Positions 55,016 to 64,000 of a stretch of 64,000 nt of DNA are shown in pieces. The stretch's first letter is position 1, and each line of letters begins with the position of its first letter. A program made the translations under genes and the position numbers. This stretch comes from Octopus sinensis (lineage: Eukaryota), in NCBI RefSeq assembly GCF_006345805.1, contig NC_042998.1:108810001-108874000 (forward strand), written 5' to 3'. The notes under the pieces were generated by a model. It searched no databases. It was not told the origin of the DNA and saw only the letters and a list, made by a program, of their open reading frames with translations.

Positions 55016-56142
55016 ATATGATGCGAGCATATGTGATCAGGGAGAAATATCAACACTGGCTAGAAGGACGAGAAAGTTGATGACGCTACATGGGGCGCTA
55101 CAACCTAAAGCAAACGCAAACATACGGTAATTGAAAATAAAAAATGGTGGCAGAGGACTGATTAGTATAGACCATTGTATAAGGAGTGAAAGGGGAACGC
55201 TTGCCGAGTATTTGATAAATAATGATGAAGACCTGCTGCAATGTGCCGCGAAAGATATGGATGTTAAGGCAGAGAAATAATGGGTAAGGAAGAGATTAAT
55301 CAAAGAGCTGAGTAGAAAATAAAAGAAAACCTTAAAATGAGAACGCATGGAGGGTTTGAAAGAATACACAGAACGTTAAGGATAATACAGCACCGTGGGC
55401 ATGGCTTGAGCGAGGTGATTTGAAGCTTACCACCGACAGCCTGATCATTGCTGCACAAGACCATGCTCTGGCTACCAATTCAGTGAAGTATAACATCTAT
55501 AAAACTTCTGACACCCAGAAATGCAGACTCGGTAGAAAGGGTGTGGAAAATATGGACCGCTTGGTAAGTGGATGTGAGAGTCTTGCACAAAAAGAATACA
55601 AGCGTCGTCAGAGCTTTTATGCCGTAGATACCAATATGAAGTAAGAGAGAAGTGGTATGAGCATGTACCAAGTAAATTTATGCAGGAGGATAGAAAAGTA
55701 ACGATACTCTGGGACTATCATTTTCAGTCGGATCATGTAATCAAACGTCGTCGACCTGATATTGTCATACTTAATAAGAGAGACAAATACTGTCAGATTA
55801 TTGATGTAGATATACCAAATGACATGAATATTGTGAGTAAAGAGGTTGAAAAAAATCACAAAGTACTCCGAATTGAAAGTAGAAATGACAAGGCTGTATG
55901 GAATGCGAGAAAGTAATGTAAAAATGATACCAGTGGTGATCGGAGCGTTGGGCTCAATTCCACTGAAACTGCAAGACTTCTTAAGGCAACAGGAAATCCC
56001 ATGAAAGATTGAAGTCTTGCAAAAAGTAGCCTTATTGGGCACAACACACATCTTAAGGAAAGTATCATCTGTCTAAGGTCCTGGTTGTGACTTGACAGAT
56101 GACGAGTCACGGTGCATTTTTGCCTACGCTGTGTTACGAAGG
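55016..56142 (+). mobile_element. Dong/R4 fragment D2, tandem duplicate of D1
   Basis: Same 5' truncation point as D1, with ORFs offset by 1208 bp. The only differences I found are single-A indels. Confidence 0.88.
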
Positions 56143-56173
56143 AATAATAATGATAATAATAATAATAATTATT

Positions 56174-56241
<68 letters not shown>

Positions 56242-56265
56242 AATGATAATAATAATAATAGTAAT

Positions 56266-56315
<50 letters not shown>

Positions 56316-56520
56316 GCAAAATACTTTCTTTGTAATCTCAAGTTTTAAAACAAACATAATTTTCGTATGTATGTTTAGGCATTCACTAGTACAACACTAA
56401 GTACAAAACCAAATATATGGCACCAACATGAACTTCCAACTTGTTGTCTCTTGAGGTCTCTGGGTGAGACTTGGAGCCAGCTTGTGCAAATGTAAAGCAA
56501 AAGTCAAACATAGAATGATG

Positions 56521-56571
<51 letters not shown>

Positions 56572-56579
56572 TTAATATT

Positions 56580-56930
56580 AAAACAGACCGGGCCATCAAG
56601 GTAAATAAACTAGATATGGTTGTGAATGGCAAAAGCAATAAAGTCTGTTTATTGATTGAGATGAGAATACTCTGTGGCCATAATATCTCGGCAAAAGAAT
56701 TTGATAAGCTCAGAAAATAAGATTTGCTAATTAAAATTGAATTAATGTGACATCTCAAGACGGTTACAATACCAATGATTGTAAGGGCACTTGGAATGAT
56801 CAAAAGAGGAACTGAAAATTATTTAAGAATGTTCCTTGGCTTACCATCCATGCAGTAAGCGCAAAAGATTGTCTTAATTGGTACGTCACACATATTGAGA
56901 AAATCATTGTCGCTCTGAATTTTCTTTCTT
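56580..56930 (+). mobile_element. Dong/R4 RLE-domain fragment D3 (different subfamily)
   Basis: Translates QTDRAIKVNKLDMVV...IPMIVRALGMIK...KIVLIGTSHILRK. Starts after (AAT)n. Confidence 0.75.
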
Positions 56931-57175
56931 TTTCACTCCCCACTCCTGTATTTTATTTGTTTACTTTAAAAAATTTTTTATTGCTTCCTTTTCTCTCTTT
57001 CTTCTTTTTCCGTATCACATGACTCTAAATGAATAATCTGGTGTGTTTGTTTTAATGGCCTACCAATGTATAGAGTACGTTTCTTTGCCCTAGGTGTCCA
57101 GAAGACACTCGGCAAGAAATGGAAACAGAATTGAAAGAAGATCCTAACTAAAATAATAATAATAATAATAAAATG

Positions 57176-57229
<54 letters not shown>

Positions 57230-57232
<3 letters not shown>

Positions 57233-57875
57233 CAACACTACTGACAGTGACAGATGCAGAATGTGTGGTGAGATGGATGAAACGGTATGGCATATCGTTC
57301 GCGAATGCCCGAAGTTGGCACAATGCTGAAGCAAAACACGACATAACTATGTGGCAAGAATGGTTCATTGGGAGCTCTCTGGAAATCACGGCCTACAAAG
57401 AGCAAAGACGTGGTATGAGCAAATCCCAGGAGTCACCGAGAATGGGAATTGCAAAATACTGTGCAATCACCCGACCAGACATCGGAAACCGGACATTGTT
57501 GTGGTGGCCCCCCCCCCCCCCAAAAAAAAACAACAACATGGCTGATAATCGAAATAGCATGTCCCGGTGACAACAGGATCAAAAAGAAAGAAGAAAAAGG
57601 AACAACTATGAAGATTTGAAGTGGGAACGAAGGTTGTAGTCAATGGGGAAAGTAGACATGGTAGCAATAGTAATTTGCGCACTAGGAAGTATCCGCACCC
57701 AACAGCCGTGGAGCAAAATGATTGGTACAAATGCAAAGGCAGAACAAAAATCTGCATTGCTGGGAACTGCAAGAACTCTTCGCAGAGTTCCTGAAGTATG
57801 ACCAGTAAATAAGTGCCACCTTCGTCTGCTGGCTCTGGACAACTGATATTGTCCAACTCAACTCAAGGAACCTTG
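57230..57875 (+). mobile_element. Dong/R4 fragment D4 (zinc knuckle plus RLE)
   Basis: Translates DSDRCRMCGEMDETVWHIVRECPKLAQ (CCHC), MARMVHWELS...WYEQIP, HRKPDIVVV and ALLGTARTLRRV. Confidence 0.8.
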
Positions 57876-57877
57876 TA

Positions 57878-59045
57878 GCTACCATCAACATATGGGCGGT
57901 TGCTGTAGTCTGCTATAATGCACCCATCCTGAAATAGACATTAGCGGAGATTAAACAACTCGATCGCATTACCCGAAAGACAATGACAATATATGGTACC
58001 CTCCACCCTAAGGCGAATATATGAAGAGGGGCAAAGGCGGACGTGAGCTGATAAGCGTACGGAAGTGCATCAAAAGCGAACGGAGAAACATGGCAGAATA
58101 TTTGGTAAACAGCAAACAAGACCTCCTACAAAATGCTGCTAATGCAGATGGATGTAATAAAAATGGATCTGAAAGTGCTCATAAATTCCGATCAAGAACA
58201 GTGAACGAAGAAGAAAACCTGCTCCCCACGGAATTACAATTAAAAGACCAGGAAGCATCATGGTGGTGGCTTCAGAAGAGTGACCTTAAAAAGAATACTA
58301 AAAGCCTAATCATCGCTGCCCAGGACCAGGCATTGAATATCAACGCAGCGAAAAAATATATATACCACACAAGTGCAACAGGCCTCTGCAGAATATGTGG
58401 GAAGAGGGTCGAAAGCGTGACTCACATTGTTAGTTCTTGTGAAAGTTTTGAGCAGAGAGAGTACAAGCGTAGACATGACAAGGTAACCCAAACCCGCCAC
58501 TGGTTACTATGCTGTAAGTACAGATATGAGGCTACGGGTGCTTGGTACCAACATACACCGGAAAAGGTAATGGTCGAAAAGGGGAAAGCTAAAATCATCT
58601 GGGACTATGATTTCCAGACAGACAAAGTATTAGGGCACAGGGAGCCGGACATAGTACCTTTAGGAGGGAAAAACAAGAGTGCCTAATAACTGACGTTGTA
58701 GTGACAAGCGATCAACATCTTCACGAAAGAAAGAGAAAAGATTGATAAATATGGAAACCTGAGAATTGAGATCGCTAAAATGTGGCAGGTACGAGAGTCA
58801 AACATAAAAGTTATCCCTATTGTCAGCGGAGCTTTGGGTTCAGTACGACCCAATCTTAAAGAAAAAAACCATTCGAAAAATTTAGAAAAACCCAACAATC
58901 TAGGTGTATTGCAAAAGTCGTCATTACTTGGAACGACACGCATATTGCTTAAAGAACTGTCTGAGGTCCTTGTTGTGTCTTGACAAACAGTACAAACCCC
59001 CGGTAGACACAATATCTTCAATCAACATCACAATATTATATACTG
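57878..59045 (+). mobile_element. Dong/R4 fragment D5 (RT thumb, zinc knuckle, RLE)
   Basis: Reads INIWAVAVVCY...LDRITRKTMTIYGTLHPK. ORF 58021-58686 contains SLIIAAQDQAL, CRICGKRVESVTHIVSSC, IIWDYDFQTDK and EPDIV. ORF 58780-58983 contains VIPIVSGALG. Confidence 0.9.
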
Positions 59046-59082
59046 TGTAACGTCTATAATAATTATGATAATAATAATAATA

Positions 59083-59113
<31 letters not shown>

Positions 59114-59166
59114 TCATGATGATGACTATGATGATGATGACTATGATGATGATGATGATGATAATA

Positions 59167-59248
<82 letters not shown>

Positions 59249-59650
59249 GGCCAGATATAGTTGTCAGAGATCATGAAGAAAAAAAGATGTATCAATACCG
59301 GCAGATGACAACGTGTCTCTAAAAGAAATGGAGAAACTCTAAAAATACAAAGACCTGGAAATAGAGGTAACCAGAATGTGGAATCTGAAAACAGAAACAA
59401 TTCCTATCATAGTAGGTGCATTAGGCATGATAAAAAAATATTCAGACAAATACATAACAAAAACACCAGGACTTACAAACACATATAACATACAGAAAAT
59501 TGCACTACTAGGCACTGCACACATTCTACGCAGAACACTTTCCATACAATAACCATCAGAGCATCACAACAAATCACAGCACATACCCAAGGCACACAGA
59601 GCTGCGCTCGGTAGTGAAGTGAAAGCACGCTATAAAAATAAAACTACTGA
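59249..59650 (+). mobile_element. Dong/R4 RLE fragment D6
   Basis: Translates RPDIVVRDHEE, KYKDLEIEVTRMWNLKTETIPIIVGALGMIKK and ALLGTAHILRRTL. Flanked by (AAT)n. Confidence 0.85.
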
Positions 59651-59665
59651 ATAATAATAATAATA

Positions 59666-59850
59666 ATGCAGTACCAGACAGTGGCTCTCATGGCTCCTGA
59701 TCTTAACTGATTGGAAGTGTTATCACGTACATTGTTTTGTCTTGGAATAAAAGATGGGCTGCAGCAAAAATTCGGCTCCATACCATATATTTGCTTGTCA
59801 GTTGCTTGACCTTAACCAGTTGAGTATGTCCCTTGGTGGCTGTCGATATG
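59666..59850. mobile_element. Partial copy of the ~557-bp (AAT)n-flanked element
   Basis: Matches about 61083-61270 and is truncated where Dong fragment D7 begins. Confidence 0.75.
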
Positions 59851-59859
59851 TGTTTGGTT

Positions 59860-60345
59860 TCTAGAATTACCGGAAAAGGTAATGGACGAAAACTGGAAGG
59901 CAAAGATCCTTTGGGATTTTGACTTTCAGACAGACAATGTATTAGAGCACCGACAGCCGGATATAGTAAACATAGAAGGACAAACAATAGTGCCTAGTAA
60001 TCGACTTGGCAGTAACAGAAGATCAACATGTAATCATGAAAGAAAGAGAAAAGTTTGAAACATATGGAGACCTGAGAATCGAGAACACCAAACATAAAGA
60101 CTGTTCCTGTTGTCATCGGAGCCTTAGTTTCAGTATCACCCAACCTGAAGCAACATCTGGATATTTTACAAAAAACCTACAATCTAGGAGTTTTGCAAAA
60201 ATCGGCTTTGCTTGGAACTGCACACATACTGTGTAAAGTAGTATTTGTCTGAGGCCTTTGTCACGTGACATACTGTACACATCCCCGGTACACACAATAT
60301 CTTCAATCTGCAATATCTTAATATTGGATATTGTGCGACGTCTTC
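59860..60345 (+). mobile_element. Dong/R4 RLE fragment D7 (D5 subfamily)
   Basis: Translates PEKVMDENWKAKILWDFDFQTDNVLEHRQPDIV. The 3' end CCCGGTACACACAATATCTTCAATC is shared with D5. Confidence 0.8.
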
Positions 60346-60373
60346 AATAATAATAATAATAATAATGATAATA

Positions 60374-60404
<31 letters not shown>

Positions 60405-60407
<3 letters not shown>

Positions 60408-60693
60408 CCTTTCTACTATAGATACAAAAGCTGAATTTTGGGGAAGGGGATAGTCGATTACATCCACCCCATTGTTTTACTGGTACTTGAATTATCGACC
60501 GCAAAAAGGATGAAAGACAAAATCGTAATTTGAACCCAGAACGTAGCGACGGTCGAAATACCGCTAAGCATTGCGCCCAGCGCACTAACGATTCTGCCGG
60601 CTCGCCGCCTTTAATAATAATCAAAATAACAATAATAATAATGATAATGATAACGATAATAATGATAATGATAATAATAATAATAACAACAAC

Positions 60694-60753
<60 letters not shown>

Positions 60754-60968
60754 CCTTTCTACTGGAAGCAAAAGGCCTCAAATTAGGGTAAGGGATTAAG
60801 TGGATTACGTCGACTTCAGTGTATAACTAGTACTAATTTTATCGACCCCGAAAGGATGAAAGGTAAAGTCGACCTCGACTGAATTTGAACTTAGAACGTA
60901 AAGACGGGCGGAATATCGCTAAGCATTTCATCCAGTGTGCTACCGGCTTTGCCGGTTCACCGCATTTA
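60405..60968 (-). mobile_element. Two SINE family B copies separated by (AAT)n
   Basis: Copies at 60405-60612 and 60750-60968. Each begins on the plus strand with AATCCTTTCTACT after (AAT)n, and the minus-strand head resembles AAGGCGGCGAGCCGGCAGAATCGTTAG. Further fragments lie at 61820-61922 and 62985-63200. Confidence 0.78.
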
Positions 60969-61062
<94 letters not shown>

Positions 61063-61071
61063 TATAATTAT

Positions 61072-61628
61072 AAATGCCCTGATGCAGTACCAGGCAGTGG
61101 CTCTCATGGCTTCTGATCTTAACTGATTGGAAGTGTTATCATGTACATTGTTTTGACTTGGTATAAAAGATGGGCTACAGCAAATATTCTGCTCAATACC
61201 ACAGATTTGCTTGTCAGTTGTTTGACCTTAACCAGTTGAGCATGTCCCTTAGTGGCTGACGATATGTGCATCTCTGATCACGAGCAGAAGTAGTGGGGGA
61301 GCATCATAGCCATGTGTTGAGAAGGATTCTTTGGGGTTTGAATAATTCACCTCTGGAAACATGGGGTTTCGTTCAACGTCCTTAAACAACCCTTATTCAG
61401 GGACCTTTTGAGCGGGATGGGTTACTCGATCTGAAGAAAATTCTAACTGGGCTCCACCTGCAAGGTCATGTGCTGTTTATCTTGATATGAGATCACCATG
61501 TCGCGCACATATGGTTGTGATGCATGTGCCTGGTGTACCCTTATCAGACGGGTAGTCATGATGGGTATACTGGGCTTCGTATATTTTACCCCAGTGTCAC
61601 TTTGATGGCATGCTCTGCTCGCTCACTC
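61072..61628. mobile_element. Unclassified ~557-bp non-coding element flanked by (AAT)n, copy 1
   Basis: Collinear diverged copy at 62009-62565 and partial copy at 59666-59850. No long ORF, TIR or clear Pol III boxes seen. Confidence 0.75.
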
Positions 61629-61707
<79 letters not shown>

Positions 61708-61783
61708 TAATAATGATAATGATAATAATAATAATGATAATAATAATAATAACAACAACAATAATAATAATAATATAATAATA

Positions 61784-61823
<40 letters not shown>

Positions 61824-61924
61824 CCTTTCTACTGGAAGCAAAAGGCCTCAAAATAGGGGAAGGGATTAATATCGCTAAGCATTTCATCCAGCGTGCTAAC
61901 GGCTTTGTCGGTTCACCGCATTTA

Positions 61925-61956
<32 letters not shown>

Positions 61957-62008
61957 ATAATAATAATAATAATAATAACAACAACAACAACAACAACAAC
62001 AACACAAC

Positions 62009-62565
62009 AAATGCCCTGTTGCAGCACCAGGCAATGTCTCTCATGGCTTCTGATCTTAACTGATTGGAAGTATTATCACGTACATTGTTTGTCTTGGTAT
62101 AAAAGATGGGCTACAGCAAAAAGTCTGCTCAATGCCATATATTTGCTTGTTAGTTGCTTAACCTTAACCAGTTGAGTATATCCCTTGGTAGCTGTCGATA
62201 TGTGCATTTCTGATCACGAGCAGAAGTAGTGGGGGAGCAGCATAACCATGTGTTGAGAAGAATTCTTTGGGATTTGGACAATTTACCTTTGGAAACATGG
62301 GTGGTTCATTCAACATCCTTAAACAACTGTCATTCAAGGAACTTCTGAGCGGGATGGGTTACTCGACTAGAAGAAAATTCTAACTGAGCCCCGACCACAA
62401 GACTATGCACCGTTCATCTTGATATGAGATTACTGTCTCCTGCACATATGGTTGTGATACATGTGCCTGGTATACCTTTATCAGATGGGTAGTCATGATG
62501 GGTATTCTGGGCTTCGTATATTTTCCCCCAGTGTCACTTTGAAGGCATGCACTGCTCTCTCACTC
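62009..62565. mobile_element. Unclassified ~557-bp element, copy 2
   Basis: Same termini as copy 1 (AAATGCCCTG...CTCACTC), between (AAC)n/(AAT)n tracts. Confidence 0.75.
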
Positions 62566-62628
62566 AATAATAATAATAATTTATAAAGGATTGACGTAAC
62601 TCTTCACAAAGGCAAAATAGACAATGCA

Positions 62629-62941
62629 AAGAGCGCGATGCGATTGCAATAGATATTTTATTGGTTTGAACGATATTTCAACAACCTGCCTGTCTTTGTC
62701 GAGTTCAAAGTAAAGAGTGGTACATAGAAATTCAAAATTATAGAATTTCAAATTCAAGACTGATGATGTCATTCCATCAACGTGGGAACGTAGATTGCCT
62801 TCGTTCAAATTTTTGAATTTGAATTTCTATAATTTTGAATTTCTGTGTATCGCTTTTCATTCTGAACTCGACAAAGAGAGGCAACCTGTCGAAATATGGC
62901 TCAGCCCAATACAATATCCATTGCAATCGCACCGCGCTCTT
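62629..62941. mobile_element. ~310-bp foldback element/MITE
   Basis: Imperfect ~130-bp inverted arms (AAGAGCGCGATGCGATTGCAAT...TTTGTCGAGTTCA...GAAATTCAAAATTATAGAA) around a ~55-nt spacer. Confidence 0.8.
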
Positions 62942-63844
62942 CGTATTTTCTAATAATAATGTTAACAACAACAACAATGTTTGTCACAAAATTTCGGCAC
63001 AAGGCTAATTTGAGTGGGAGCGGCAGAGTCGATTACTTGACTGATACTTATTTTATCGACCTCGAAACGATGAAGGGCAAAGCTGACTTCGGTTAAATTG
63101 TTTCATATTTTGGCATCAGGCCAGATATTTTGAGTAGAGGTTTAAGTCAATTACATTGACCCTAATAAAATGCAAGACAAAGTTGAGTTCAGAGAAATTT
63201 GAACGCAGAAGATAAAAGCTAAGAACAAATATTGCAAGTAAATTTTTCAATGCTATAAACTCGTTTCTTAATCGTCAGCTCGTTTCTTAATCGTCAACCT
63301 CATTGTCCAACCACGAGCAATATTGTTATCAACACTATTATGACTACCGCCTCTACCTAATTCCTTGTGTTTCATCAATCTACTCCTTTCTTGTACCTTT
63401 CTCATCACCGTCGTCGTTGCCCCTCCCCCTCTTCCTCCTAATCATCATCATGATAATCATCAAGATCATCATCTTCATAATCTCCATTATCATCATCATC
63501 ATTATCATCATTATCGTCATTAAACCAAAAATCACTCTTATTCCCATGACTGAACAATGTTGATGATGATGAGCATAATTTTATTGAAGATGATGAAGAT
63601 GTTGATGTTGTTGATGATGGTGATAGTGGTGGTGGTAGTGTTGGTCGTGATAGTGGTGGCCGTGGCAGTGATGGAGGTTGTTGCGATGGTGAGGGGGGAA
63701 GATAATGATGATAATCGTGATAATGAAAAAGTTGATGATCTACATCATAAAATTTATGAAAGTAAACAACTGTAGTGGCAGTAGTAGCAGTAGCAGCAGT
63801 AGGAGTAGTTGTATTAACAACAGAAGCAGCAGCAGTAGTAGTAA

Positions 63845-63900
<56 letters not shown>

Positions 63901-64000
63901 AAGTGTTGCTCTTGTTTGTGTTGTAGTTTTGGTAGATGCAGCAGACGATATGAAAGACGTTGCTGCCGAAAGAAGAAAGTAAGCGTAAAGATAGGATTGG

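Noticed and set aside
53553-63926. Poly-I/N/Y/L/M/S ORFs
   Set aside because: Translations of (AAT)n, (GAT)n, (ACT)n and (AGT)n tracts.
48917-64000. Search for the next HCN exon (expected to begin with an FYWD-like S1 sequence)
   Set aside because: No matching reading frame seen by eye; it presumably lies beyond the window. CAG|GTAAGT at about 49983 has no associated HCN-like frame.

Overview
AT-rich eukaryotic (metazoan) genomic DNA, densely packed with microsatellites. The repeat families and composition suggest a coleoid cephalopod such as Octopus; this is an inference. The only host protein-coding sequence I can support is one large exon (47456-48916, +) encoding the cytoplasmic N-terminus of an HCN/Ih channel up to the conserved 'IHPxSxFR' exon boundary. 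The next exon is not visible in the remaining 15 kb. The rest is a transposable-element landscape: a Tc1 transposase relic, RTE, CR1/L2-like, Tx1/L1, HERO-type, Dong/R4 and Penelope retroelement relics, four tRNA-derived SINE types, Helitron-like elements and MITEs. Three observations stand out. (1) About ten type I hammerhead-ribozyme motifs, one with a fully intact core, lie in terminally redundant 358-nt and 476-nt units and inverted-repeat units, i.e. retrozyme/Penelope-pLTR-like elements. (2) A ~10 kb (AAT)n array holds at least 7 same-orientation Dong/R4 fragments, several SINEs and an unclassified ~557-bp element. (3) Several elements appear microsatellite-targeted or nested. Almost all ORFs in the supplied track are microsatellite translation artefacts. 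All motif calls were made by eye; no database search was run.
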